This document shows positions 20,185 through 29,623 of a DNA stretch of 64,000 nt, in pieces. The stretch is from Promethearchaeota archaeon (GTDB taxonomy: Archaea; Asgardarchaeota; Lokiarchaeia; Sigyniarchaeales; SOKP01): NCBI GenBank assembly GCA_048940645.1, contig JBHLOI010000009.1:1-64000 (forward strand), written 5' to 3'. Numbering within the stretch: position 1 is the stretch's first letter; each line of letters starts with the position of its first letter. The notes beneath the pieces were generated by a model. That model searched no databases. It was not told where the DNA came from and was given only the letters and a program-made list of their open reading frames with translations. The position numbers and the translations under genes are program-made.

Positions 20185-21852
20185 TTAATTAAGTTCCCTT
20201 AAAAACTCTTTACTTATTGAGGAATTAAGGGAATCATAGAAAATCGAGTAATATTTCTGGTAAAATTCTTTCTTTCTGTTCATTATTAACTTTTTTTCTT
20301 TATATTCAGACGTACCTGAACTCCAAAATATCTTCCCGTTTGGAGTTATATCAATTGAGTCGTCTTTCTTAATGATTTTACCCTCCTTAATCACATATTC
20401 TATGCTTTCTAAAGACTTTCTTATCTTTTCAAAATCCTTTGAACTGTTTATTTCATTGATATTAATATTTAGTATATTTAAATCGCCATCTGCATTTTTT
20501 CCTAAATTTCCTTTAATGCTTCCTATGCCCAAGGACTTAGCTGGGCTTGAACGAGTTAAAATTATGAAATCATTAAAGGTAAGTTCTTTATCGTTATTGA
20601 TAATTTTATTATTTCTTACAAAATCCTTGTTCATACTCTCTAAAAACTTATTTCTAACATTTGAACTTAAAAGTAAAATTGCGATTTCAGGTATTTTTTT
20701 GATATGGGAATAATTTGGAAAATTAACCGATAATTGCATTTGCCACATATTATTAATATTAAGAGCCAAGTCTATAGCGTTTGCCCACAAAATACAATCT
20801 GTTTCATTTTGTTTATTGAATGTTCTTAGTGTAGAAAATATATCTCCTTCTGACTCAACTGCAGTTGTAATTACTTTAAAAGGATTTTCAGCTATATACA
20901 AGGAGTTTATTAATCTTCTATCGCTGCTAGTTAAAGGATTAATTGGATCAAACCCTAAAAACCCAAGATCAAGATCATAATCTTGATTCTCATTATAGAA
21001 TTTGATTAAATCTAAATTATCACCATCAATATTGTATGAGGATGCATGAGCAAGATGAAATATCTGTGACCGTTTAATATTCAACTTATTTTTAGGAGTT
21101 GGTATTAAATTTAGAGATTTTATTCGATGTAAGATTTGCTTTAAATTTTCCTTAGCATCATTTTGTTCATAACCTTCTACATGGACGTGAACTGAATGAG
21201 GTAAGCCTAAACTCTCATTATATTTTACCATTTTTTCATAAACATCAATAGGAGAAAAGTTGAACAATCTACCTTTATTTGATAGATCATTTCTTAATTT
21301 TTGAAAATTCCAATTTTCAGCTTCAAAAGGATTATAGACCTTGAAACCAAATCCCTTTGTTTTGAACAATAAATCTGAAAGAAAAGTCGAAGCTTCATTC
21401 ACCATTTCTCGCTGGTATTCTAATTCTAAAGCCCAGATATTACTAATATTCAGTAACATAGCCTTATCTAACACCGGTAACTGTTTAAAGTTGAAGATTG
21501 TTTGTTTTGATAAGGAGGGATATACATTAGCCTCAAGAATAAATGTATAACCATTTAATATATATTGTTTTGCAATATACTCTAAACTTAGGTTATTCCA
21601 ATATTCTTGAAAAGGTTTATGTTTACTACCAAGTAATCGTACCCAATTTATTTGTTGAGATGCTATATGAGAATGAATATCGATAGCTGAAGGAATAACT
21701 GTTTTATTTTTAGCATTTATTTCTTTAATATCATTTTGATTCGAGAACCTTTCTACAATTTTACCGTTTTCAATAAGAATATCTTTAATTTCACCTTCAA
21801 TTTTACTAATGGGATCGAATATAATTCCGTTTTTAACAATTAATTTACTCAT
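20185..21852 (-). CDS. fwdA: Formylmethanofuran dehydrogenase subunit A-like amidohydrolase (divergent)
   Basis: DIHSH, GYTFI, KVYNP, LPHSVHVH, TRSSPAKSLG and KGNLGKNADGD motifs; cluster context. Confidence 0.85.
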   Translation of the reverse strand: MSKLIVKNGIIFDPISKIEGEIKDILIENGKIVERFSNQNDIKEINAKNKTVIPSAIDIHSHIASQQINWVRLLGSKHKPFQEYWNNLSLEYIAKQYILNGYTFILEANVYPSLSKQTIFNFKQLPVLDKAMLLNISNIWALELEYQREMVNEASTFLSDLLFKTKGFGFKVYNPFEAENWNFQKLRNDLSNKGRLFNFSPIDVYEKMVKYNESLGLPHSVHVHVEGYEQNDAKENLKQILHRIKSLNLIPTPKNKLNIKRSQIFHLAHASSYNIDGDNLDLIKFYNENQDYDLDLGFLGFDPINPLTSSDRRLINSLYIAENPFKVITTAVESEGDIFSTLRTFNKQNETDCILWANAIDLALNINNMWQMQLSVNFPNYSHIKKIPEIAILLLSSNVRNKFLESMNKDFVRNNKIINNDKELTFNDFIILTRSSPAKSLGIGSIKGNLGKNADGDLNILNININEINSSKDFEKIRKSLESIEYVIKEGKIIKKDDSIDITPNGKIFWSSGTSEYKEKKLIMNRKKEFYQKYYSIFYDSLNSSISKEFLRELN

Positions 21853-21856
21853 TTAA

Positions 21857-22231
21857 TTATGCCTCCTTTATTTTGTTAATAACTGAATTAAGATCATTAA
21901 TTTTTTCTTCAGTAACCTCGACATCCACTTTCATATTTTTGTATATCAGCTCTGAATTTTCTACTCCCGTTATTTGATTTGACCAGATAGATATTGGCAT
22001 AAGAACAGATCCTTCAGGTACATCTTCATCCTCTACGCCTTTGACAATTATTGTTCCAAAATTGCTTGAAATTTTTAAATTTGGCTTGCTTTTGGGATTT
22101 AATTTATCGAAGTCTTTAGGATTAATTAAAGCTATAGCTAATTTTTCTACTAAGGATTTTCTGTCGCCCAAAGAAAATTCCTTTGATTGATCGTTTTCCA
22201 TGCGTCTTACAGTATTAAGAATGAAATTCAT
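21857..22231 (-). CDS. fwdD: Formylmethanofuran dehydrogenase subunit D-like (molybdopterin dinucleotide-binding fold, divergent)
   Basis: INPKD...ISSNFGTIIV...VPEGSVLMP..WSN; ATG at 22231 follows a GAGGTGA SD (ORF track starts at 22240). Confidence 0.8.
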   Translation of the reverse strand: MNFILNTVRRMENDQSKEFSLGDRKSLVEKLAIALINPKDFDKLNPKSKPNLKISSNFGTIIVKGVEDEDVPEGSVLMPISIWSNQITGVENSELIYKNMKVDVEVTEEKINDLNSVINKIKEA

Positions 22232-22232
22232 T

Positions 22233-23540
22233 TCAATCACCTCTATCAGTCTTAAGTTTTTGAATAATTTGATTTAGTATCTCCTCATCTGTAGGAATCT
22301 TACTTGGTGGGTTTATAATTCTCTTTAATTCGATTGGGATATGATCTAATCTATAAACTAAACCACTACATTCAATTCCAGTTATAGCTGTAGGCAATAC
22401 AATGCTAGCTAGCTGTAAAGTGGCAGAATCACGATTATCTATTAAGATTATTGGTTTTTTAGCTAATTTCGAACTTAAGCTCATAGGAAAATGTGAAATA
22501 GGATCAGTTCCGATAAATATAGAACAATCAAAATCTTCCTTTTCTATTTTTGAAATAATAGTCTCATCCGTTTTGGATATCTGGTTATCTCTGAATTGTA
22601 GAGCACCGTTTTCTCCAAACAGAGATAATGCTACATGGTCAAATCCATTCATATTGAAATGTCCGCCCATCATAACCAGAGTTATTCTTCCCCTTTTTTG
22701 TTTTAAATTAATCATTTGTACTAACTCTAGTAATTCATTGATTAAATTCGAGTTTTTCTGGGGCGTTAACAAACCTTGCCCTACAAAAATCACACCATAT
22801 TCAGCTCCACTTAGATGTTGCAATAATCTTTTCATGTCATCTTTATCAAGACCAGCGACTCCTTCAGAAGGAATACTATCCGCAGCACAACATTCTTCTT
22901 TCAATACTTTAATTAAATCTAAATCTTTTCCTGGTGTTATCCTTAATGCAACATCTCTTACTCCCATAGTATTAAAAGATGCAGTTTTAACAGGATCGAT
23001 TATTATAAGCGTTTTAATTTCTCGTCCTGTCATCCGAAATTTACCTCTAGAAAAAAGTACTTTGTTTAAAAGTCGGGGGATTGATTCAGCAGCATTAAAA
23101 CCCCATAGTAAAATTAAATCCGCTTTATTTATGATTTCTGTAATTGTTGTAAGAGTAATTCCCGAATTAATAGCATTATCTAATACTTTTCCTTGACAGA
23201 TTGAAGCATTAGAATCAATAAATCCATTAATTAATTTTGCTAACTCAATTCCTTTTAATTGAGCTTCACAACTTGAATTAGAAAGCCCATATATTAGTGG
23301 CTTTTTTGAATTTTTTATAAGGTCAACCACTTTTTGTAAAGCATCATCCCAAGATGCTTTTAGAAGGTTTTCATCCTTACGTATTCTGGGACTCAAAATC
23401 CTATGTTGAGAGGTAACTTGGTCAAATTTTTCTTTTCCTTTAAGGCAAGCACCAAATACCTCATCAATGTAAATGCCATCAGTTTTAACAATAATATCAT
23501 CACATAGCAAAGAACAACCAGAACAGACGGATCTTTTCAT
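22233..23540 (-). CDS. fwdB: Formylmethanofuran dehydrogenase subunit B-like (divergent)
   Basis: CSGCSLLCDDI...ACLKG [4Fe-4S] motif; ADLILLWG; GHFNMNG; TAITGIECSG..YRLD. Confidence 0.88.
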   Translation of the reverse strand: MKRSVCSGCSLLCDDIIVKTDGIYIDEVFGACLKGKEKFDQVTSQHRILSPRIRKDENLLKASWDDALQKVVDLIKNSKKPLIYGLSNSSCEAQLKGIELAKLINGFIDSNASICQGKVLDNAINSGITLTTITEIINKADLILLWGFNAAESIPRLLNKVLFSRGKFRMTGREIKTLIIIDPVKTASFNTMGVRDVALRITPGKDLDLIKVLKEECCAADSIPSEGVAGLDKDDMKRLLQHLSGAEYGVIFVGQGLLTPQKNSNLINELLELVQMINLKQKRGRITLVMMGGHFNMNGFDHVALSLFGENGALQFRDNQISKTDETIISKIEKEDFDCSIFIGTDPISHFPMSLSSKLAKKPIILIDNRDSATLQLASIVLPTAITGIECSGLVYRLDHIPIELKRIINPPSKIPTDEEILNQIIQKLKTDRGD

Positions 23541-23576
23541 AAGTAATCACTAAAAGGATATTAATATCAGTATTAA

Positions 23577-24041
23577 TCATACATATTCTATTTTTACTGC
23601 CTCACGAGGGCAATAAGTTTCACAAACTCGGCATTCTCTTTCTCTACCCTCTGCCTCAATTCTTCGGCAATATTTAAGTTCAAGTAATTCACATTTTCCA
23701 CCTTTAACTTGAAATAATTGATGTTTTTCAGGCGGATAGTCGGGAGCTTTTCCACTTAGCGAAGAAGGACAATATCTTGCATTTACGGGACAAATAGTTA
23801 CACAAATTCCACATCCATCACAGAGTTCAGTATCAACATTTATTCTTAATTCTTTTTCTACACCTTCTTCAGAACCAAGCAATTCTTTTAAGGTTTCATA
23901 CTGTTTTTTATACTTTGGTTCTAAAAGTGGAGGGCAATCATCAGCTTTTACTTTACCTTGTAAAAGATCTAAAGCAAAAGCCATACAAGTCTTTCCGCAT
24001 AGTTTACAATTTGTTTTTGGCAAATATTTGTATAATTCCAT
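23577..24041 (-). CDS. Fe-S cluster domain + 4Fe-4S ferredoxin (FwdG-like polyferredoxin)
   Basis: LPKTNCKLCG..CMAFA..CP; CDGCGICVTICP; CRVCETYCP. Confidence 0.85.
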   Translation of the reverse strand: MELYKYLPKTNCKLCGKTCMAFALDLLQGKVKADDCPPLLEPKYKKQYETLKELLGSEEGVEKELRINVDTELCDGCGICVTICPVNARYCPSSLSGKAPDYPPEKHQLFQVKGGKCELLELKYCRRIEAEGRERECRVCETYCPREAVKIEYV

Positions 24042-24201
24042 GAAATTTTGAACAGGGATGACATTTCACCTATTTAAGTTGAATTTATTAAATCTCTCTC
24101 GTGAGTATAAATATTCCCTACTATATTAATTTCTTTAGATTATTGATTATAAATTTTAAGTAATAAACTCTTATCATAAAAAATAGAAAATATAAATAAT
24201 T

Positions 24202-25128
24202 TTACTGATGATTCCATAATTGATTTTTAAGTGTATCGTAAATTTCCATAATACTTATACTAGCAGAGGAATTTGGGGCATAATTAACAACCGGTTCAGC
24301 ATATGACATTGCTTCGGGTATTGATAAATCAAAATTAATTTTTCCCAGGATATTATAATCGCTTTCTTCAATGAGGTGCTTAAATTTTTCTTGAAAGGGG
24401 CTTTGTAAATCGGCTTTATTTATTACTATACCAAAATCAATTTCAAATTGTTCTACTAATTCTAATGTTCTTATTAAATCATGTAAACCTGAAGGAGTGG
24501 GTTCTGTAATAGTAATAACATAATCTACTCCTGAAATTGCAGATATTACGGGACATCCAATTCCAGGAGGTCCATCAATTAAAACCATATTTGATTCTTG
24601 AAATTCCCTTAAATTTTGGGCAAATTGTTTTACATCAGCAACTAATTTACCAGAAGTAGTACTTCCTAACCTAGTTTTACCATATACTAAGGGAAATTGG
24701 AATATTGTTTCATAGGATGTTATCTCACCACTTTTAACACTTCTAATTTCAAAAGCATGTTCAGAACATAATACTTTACATGAACCGCATCCTTCGCATG
24801 CTAAATAATCGATTTCTGGTATTTGATTGTCATCAAACCATCTTAATGCATTAAATTCGCAAAAATGATTATCAATACACTCTTTACAATGGATGCATCT
24901 TTCTTCTACTAATGTTGCTTTTAAAGTTGCGAAAATATCTTCCGAATGAATTTGATCCTTATGTTTCGGAGTTAAAATTAATGCTAAATTTGGAGCATCA
25001 ACATCACAATCAAGCACTATAGGATTGATACTAGAATCATTACTACCAAGAGTGCTTAAAGATGCGGTTAATGATGTTTTACCAACACCACCCTTTCCTG
25101 AAATAACTGCTACAATCTTTCTTTTCAT
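24202..25128 (-). CDS. MinD/ParA-family P-loop ATPase with inserted 4Fe-4S domain (COG1149-type)
   Basis: SGKGGVGKT, DCDVDAPNL, CIHCKEC, CEGCGSC, DGPPGIGCP; ATG at 25128 forms an ATGA overlap with the upstream gene. Confidence 0.9.
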   Translation of the reverse strand: MKRKIVAVISGKGGVGKTSLTASLSTLGSNDSSINPIVLDCDVDAPNLALILTPKHKDQIHSEDIFATLKATLVEERCIHCKECIDNHFCEFNALRWFDDNQIPEIDYLACEGCGSCKVLCSEHAFEIRSVKSGEITSYETIFQFPLVYGKTRLGSTTSGKLVADVKQFAQNLREFQESNMVLIDGPPGIGCPVISAISGVDYVITITEPTPSGLHDLIRTLELVEQFEIDFGIVINKADLQSPFQEKFKHLIEESDYNILGKINFDLSIPEAMSYAEPVVNYAPNSSASISIMEIYDTLKNQLWNHQ

Positions 25129-26045
25129 GTTTTTATGCCGCTCCATTTGGTTAAATTTTCATAAATTATTTGAAAAGACTTATATCCTTTTCCCTGTGTA
25201 TCGAAACGACCATGACTATCCATTAATGGAACTCCAATGCAGTATGATTTCACTATATCTTCATCTAATGGAATATCACCCAATACTTGAATATCATTAT
25301 CATTAAGTTCATTTAAAAATTGGTCTCTAAAACCCAATAGAGATGATCTATTTACAATAACTCTATACTCTTTTTTTAGAAGATCAATTAATTCAATTAT
25401 TCTTAATAAGTCTAATCTTCCAAATCTTGTAGGTTCTGTAACTGGTATTACATAATCAGCTCTTTGAATCAGTTCTTCAACATCACAATGAGCTCCTGGA
25501 GCTGTATCAAAAATAATAACATCATACTTTTCAAGTTTATCTATTAAAAATTTATCTATTTTCTCCATTAAAGCTTTCACAATAACAGTCGATCTAGCTT
25601 CTGATGGTTTTAATTCACCGATTAGCAAATCAATATTATTAACTCTCGAAGTATAAATCAAACCAATTACTCTTGAATCTGCTATTATGGCCTCTGTTGG
25701 GCAAATTTTAAAACATAATTTACATCCAGAGCAAACATTCAATACGGGAATTGGAATAGCATCTTTAATATGCAATAAAGCATGAGATATACAATTTTCA
25801 GCGCATATCCCGCACTTGGTACATTTAATTTCATTAATGGTGGGTTCAAAAAAAGTTACTTCGCTAGGATTCTCAAGCTTTCCATTCATTAATAGATATG
25901 TATTGGGATTTTCAACATCTCCATCAACTAGTAATACATTGAATCCGCGATTTTTGAATAATGTGGCTAAATTTACAGCTACTAAAGTCTTTCCAGTACC
26001 TCCTTTCCCACCAGTAATACAAATAATTTTTGGCTTTTTTAACAT
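25125..26045 (-). CDS. MinD/ParA-family P-loop ATPase with inserted 4Fe-4S domain (COG1149-type)
   Basis: GGKGGTGKT, DGDVENPN, CTKCGIC, CSGCKLCFKICP, EPTRFG. Confidence 0.9.
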   Translation of the reverse strand: MLKKPKIICITGGKGGTGKTLVAVNLATLFKNRGFNVLLVDGDVENPNTYLLMNGKLENPSEVTFFEPTINEIKCTKCGICAENCISHALLHIKDAIPIPVLNVCSGCKLCFKICPTEAIIADSRVIGLIYTSRVNNIDLLIGELKPSEARSTVIVKALMEKIDKFLIDKLEKYDVIIFDTAPGAHCDVEELIQRADYVIPVTEPTRFGRLDLLRIIELIDLLKKEYRVIVNRSSLLGFRDQFLNELNDNDIQVLGDIPLDEDIVKSYCIGVPLMDSHGRFDTQGKGYKSFQIIYENLTKWSGIKT

Positions 26046-26090
26046 GATATTAATTATCTAAACTAGAATTAGTATAACTCAGAATTGACT

Positions 26091-26522
26091 TCAATTTCTA
26101 GGCCCCATACCTCGACCACCGCCCGCACCTCTTCTCGCTCCCATTCCATGATGGGGTGAAACATTTGCAGAAGTAGTCAATTGTAATTTACGGTTAATAT
26201 ACAAATCTACAATATCTTTTACCGTAATCACTTGATCAGGCGCTTGATAAATTTTTATATTCAAAGAACTTAGAGATTGAGCTGCATTAGGACCTAAAAA
26301 ACCAACTATTACTTCATTAGCCCCATTATTCCCAACAAGTTGTGCTGCTTGTATACCTGCTCCCCCCATTGCTTCTGCTGCCGGATTTGGAACTGCTCTA
26401 ACTTCTTTAATTTCTTTATTTTCAATAGTAACAAAAGTAAAACTTGGACATCTTCCAAACCGGGGATTCATTTGCTCATTCAATCCTCCAATTCCATTTG
26501 AGGGTACTGCAATTATAACCAT
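26091..26522 (-). CDS. NifB/NifX-family (COG1433) protein with Gly/Arg-rich tail
   Basis: RFGRCPSF, NPA..GGAGIQAAQ; GMGARRGAGGGRGMG tail. Confidence 0.9.
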   Translation of the reverse strand: MVIIAVPSNGIGGLNEQMNPRFGRCPSFTFVTIENKEIKEVRAVPNPAAEAMGGAGIQAAQLVGNNGANEVIVGFLGPNAAQSLSSLNIKIYQAPDQVITVKDIVDLYINRKLQLTTSANVSPHHGMGARRGAGGGRGMGPRN

Positions 26523-26583
26523 TCTTTATTTAAACCTCATTTTTTTAATTAATTTTTTATAATTTTACATTAATAATTAAGAT

Positions 26584-26991
26584 TTAATGGTGATGATGTT
26601 TATAATTATCATCAGCCTCGGTGTGAATCTTCTCAACACCATATCCTTTACCACCACCTGGAGTGCAAAGGCTGACACCACCCATCGTCTTAATTTCGCC
26701 ATTCAAAATTCTTTTAATTACATCGTCAATAGTCCCTTGAACCCCTACGATAACATTTATCCCATATTGTTCAAAAAAATCTCTTGCTCTATGACCCATT
26801 CCCCCAGCAATCATATAATTTGCTCCATGTTTGTTCACAAATTCAGGAATACTCCCAACAATATGTCCGGGATTAGGAAATTCCTCTCTCTTTACTAATT
26901 TATCATTTTCAATACTAATAAAAGTAAATGTTGGAGCTCTGCCAAAATGCGCACTAACTTGATTAGAGTCAGTACTTATTGCGATTTTCAT
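26584..26991 (-). CDS. NifB/NifX-family (COG1433) protein with His-rich tail
   Basis: HFGRAPTF, NPGH, GGMG; ends HHHH. Confidence 0.9.
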   Translation of the reverse strand: MKIAISTDSNQVSAHFGRAPTFTFISIENDKLVKREEFPNPGHIVGSIPEFVNKHGANYMIAGGMGHRARDFFEQYGINVIVGVQGTIDDVIKRILNGEIKTMGGVSLCTPGGGKGYGVEKIHTEADDNYKHHHH

Positions 26992-27024
26992 ATACTTATC
27001 ACCTCAAAAGTTATTATAATTATA

Positions 27025-27384
27025 TTAATGACCCCTACACATTGGACCAGTTACCGGTTCTAATTTTCCTTGTAATAAAAGTTCAATATTGTCTTTCAAA
27101 TTGCCATTTACACCTTTATGAAGTCGAATATTATATTGAATAAACCCCATATAAGGTCTACCTCCAATACCCCCTACAATCATTTCAGTAACTTCCTTTT
27201 TTACCATATTAATGACTGGTTCCATACAACCTCCATGTCCTTGATTTTCTATAGAAAAAGCTTTTTTATAACTATTTGCATCATCGATTTCAATCCCGAC
27301 AAAGTAATTACAGTGACCAAAATGCTCAGATATGTGATCGATTAAATCTGGTCCATTAGAAGGAATTGCTATTATTCTATTCAT
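27025..27384 (-). CDS. NifB/NifX-family (COG1433) protein
   Basis: HFGHCNYF, HGGC, GGIGGRP; ATG at 27384 (ORF track starts at GTG 27399). Confidence 0.88.
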   Translation of the reverse strand: MNRIIAIPSNGPDLIDHISEHFGHCNYFVGIEIDDANSYKKAFSIENQGHGGCMEPVINMVKKEVTEMIVGGIGGRPYMGFIQYNIRLHKGVNGNLKDNIELLLQGKLEPVTGPMCRGH

Positions 27385-27421
27385 ACTTATTCTTTTCACA
27401 TTTTTAGATTTTTTGATAAAA

Positions 27422-27435
27422 TGAATAATTATTCA
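27422..27435. promoter_or_regulatory. Palindromic operator TGAATAATTATTCA between TATA box and NifX operon start
   Basis: Perfect 14-bp palindrome; TATA-like ttatataa at 27443-27450; core recurs at 29442, 43422, 35038 and 35098. Confidence 0.6.
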
Positions 27436-27650
27436 AAATTACTTATATAAACATTTTCTAATTTAAAAACTTAATCTTAATTGTTTAGAATAAAATTTGA
27501 ATTGTTTTTACACTTTGGTGTATCTACTTTTAATAAAAATTTCATAGTTTCTGGAAACATAATGGATAAAAATCTACTAAAGATTTTAATAACTTTGGGT
27601 AAAATATCATAAGTGATTTCCTAACTGGAGTTTTAATCATCAAAGAAGAA

Positions 27651-27794
27651 TTGAAATGTTTTGATATTTATTCAAAAGAATTAGTTTTAAAGATAGAATA
27701 TATTTATAAATATATATTAAAAGACCGGAATGAAGATTTTAATATTTTCGGTCAGGTGGAAGATATTGTGAATAAGATTTTCTCAAAGCATTAA
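27651..27794 (+). CDS. Possible small ORF (47 aa, below track cutoff)
   Basis: Open frame LKCFDIYSKELVLKIEYIYKYILKDRNEDFNIFGQVEDIVNKIFSKH ending 20 nt before the next gene; start uncertain. Confidence 0.25.
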   Translation: MKCFDIYSKELVLKIEYIYKYILKDRNEDFNIFGQVEDIVNKIFSKH

Positions 27795-27814
27795 ATAAAT
27801 GCTCGTGATTCTAT

Positions 27815-28183
27815 ATGGATGCAAGTAAAAAAGAAAATAATCTGGAGGATATTAATCAATTAGTTATTTTCATTTTTTGGTTAAAATTTTCATTTGGGAT
27901 TATTGGAGGCATTTTACACTATAGTATACAAAAGGTTTTATTTGAAAAAGTTCTTTTTTATATTCCGGATTTACTAAGGGGCTTTATACTATTTATTGAA
28001 ATTTTTGGATATATATCTCTTTTCCATATTTTATTCTATCTAATAATAAGATTCTCTAAAACTTATTTTACAAAAGGAAAGCATGTGAAATTCAGCAATT
28101 GGCGATTGGCATTTAAGTCTTCAGGTATCTTCTTCGCAATATTTTTAATTAGTGGTAGTTTATCCTTTTATATTGGATTTTAA
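27815..28183 (+). CDS. 3-TM membrane protein
   Basis: Three hydrophobic segments. Confidence 0.6.
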   Translation: MDASKKENNLEDINQLVIFIFWLKFSFGIIGGILHYSIQKVLFEKVLFYIPDLLRGFILFIEIFGYISLFHILFYLIIRFSKTYFTKGKHVKFSNWRLAFKSSGIFFAIFLISGSLSFYIGF

Positions 28184-28205
28184 ACAATTTTGGTACAGAT
28201 TTTAG

Positions 28206-29432
28206 ATGCAAAAAAGAATTAAGCTCATAATAGTGGTTATAATTGCAATATACATTATTATATCAATAGTTTCATTCATAGTACTGCCCTCCTTTATGCC
28301 AATTAAGAATCCTATGGATGTGGACTATATATCAGAAGGAGAATATGCAGGGAATTACTTGGTTTCTGACGTTTCTGGTCCAGCGCGAATTATTGATGCT
28401 TCTGGAAAAGAAAAATGGCACACAAATCTAAATGGTGATTTTATTCACGACTGTGATATGCTACCCAATGGAAATATATTAATAGCTGATATTTCGTACG
28501 ATAGGGTAATAGAGGTAGATATAGATAACTCATCTTCCATTTTGTGGTCCTGGGATGCACGTAATCCATTGGATATTAATTGGACTTTATTTGCTTATGA
28601 ACAGGGATGGGATGAAATTGATTATACACCTGAAATTAGTTTTTTTGGGATATATTGGACTCATTTAAATGATGTTGATTTTATTAATGGTTCTCAATTT
28701 GGACGGAATTATAATTCAATCCTAATATCATTAAGAAATTTCGATTTAGTCTTAGAAGTTAACTATAGTGAGACAAAGGAAGTAATTTGGTGGTATGGAG
28801 AACCTGGTAACTATTCACTTCTAAATCATCAACACAATCCAGATCGTTATGAAAATGGTAATACTGTAATATGTGATTCTGGAAACGAAAGAATTATCGA
28901 AATTAATACTACTTCTAAAGAAGTTGTGTGGGAATTAAAAGACATCTATCCGTATGGAAAATTCAGATGGGTAAGAGACTGCGATGATATAGGCGATAAT
29001 AAAAGATTAATTACAGATTCAGGTAATAATCGTTTATTAGTTTATGATATGAATTCTATGAAGATTGTCCGAGAAATAAAATCCCCCTTTTTTTCTAATC
29101 CTTATGAAGCAGATTTATTAGAAGATGGAAGACTTATAGTTAGCGGCCTAACGACAGGCACAATAATAATCATGAATTTTGATACTGGAGAAATATATGG
29201 CTTGATAGGATTTCCAAATTATTGGGTTCTTCCAATTTCAATAATTATTGGGGTAATGATTTATCATTTTGCACAATTTATTAATGCACTGAAAAGAAGT
29301 AATAAAAGAAATATTAGGAAATTAATAGATTTTCAAGTGTATAAAAGAATAATCTATATTATTTGTGGAGTCATAAGTTTATTCTTCTTTACCACAATAA
29401 TCGCATTCCTATTGATGCTGTTTTTTGGATAA
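28206..29432 (+). CDS. Membrane-anchored arylsulfotransferase-like beta-propeller protein
   Basis: HDCD, WTHLNDVD, ISLRNFD and HQHNPD motifs; N-terminal anchor and two C-terminal TM helices. Confidence 0.75.
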   Translation: MQKRIKLIIVVIIAIYIIISIVSFIVLPSFMPIKNPMDVDYISEGEYAGNYLVSDVSGPARIIDASGKEKWHTNLNGDFIHDCDMLPNGNILIADISYDRVIEVDIDNSSSILWSWDARNPLDINWTLFAYEQGWDEIDYTPEISFFGIYWTHLNDVDFINGSQFGRNYNSILISLRNFDLVLEVNYSETKEVIWWYGEPGNYSLLNHQHNPDRYENGNTVICDSGNERIIEINTTSKEVVWELKDIYPYGKFRWVRDCDDIGDNKRLITDSGNNRLLVYDMNSMKIVREIKSPFFSNPYEADLLEDGRLIVSGLTTGTIIIMNFDTGEIYGLIGFPNYWVLPISIIIGVMIYHFAQFINALKRSNKRNIRKLIDFQVYKRIIYIICGVISLFFFTTIIAFLLMLFFG

Positions 29433-29441
29433 CAAAATTAA

Positions 29442-29453
29442 GAATAATTATTC
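29442..29453. promoter_or_regulatory. Palindromic operator GAATAATTATTC upstream of mrp
   Basis: Exact copy of the 12-bp core. Confidence 0.45.
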
Positions 29454-29623
29454 AAAAATTTTTTATAATATTTTTCATTTGATACTTGTGAAAATATAAT
29501 TTAAATCTTGTTGGAGTTTTCAAAATATTAAGAATAAATTAAAGGACTTTAATGATTCCTTAATTATTATAATAAAAAATTAAGAAAAGAAGTTAAAAAT
29601 CTAAAATTAGATGAGTATAGATT

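Noticed and set aside
22402-23196. 264-aa antisense ORF (and the other antisense/nested ORFs, e.g. 2755, 8815, 19503, 31505, 43090, 49206)
   Set aside because: They lie fully opposite or inside well-supported genes, carry no motifs, and are explained by codon bias.
22233-23540. Selenocysteine recoding in fwdB or other redox genes
   Set aside because: The ligand position is a Cys codon and the ORFs are uninterrupted; I saw no in-frame TGA followed by continued homology.
24202-26045. MinD/ParA cell-division or partition system
   Set aside because: Inserted 4Fe-4S motifs and NifX neighbours indicate the COG1149 family; no MinE or ParB.
26091-27399. Nitrogen fixation genes
   Set aside because: The NifB/NifX-like domains here are the COG1433 type; there is no nifHDK or radical-SAM NifB.
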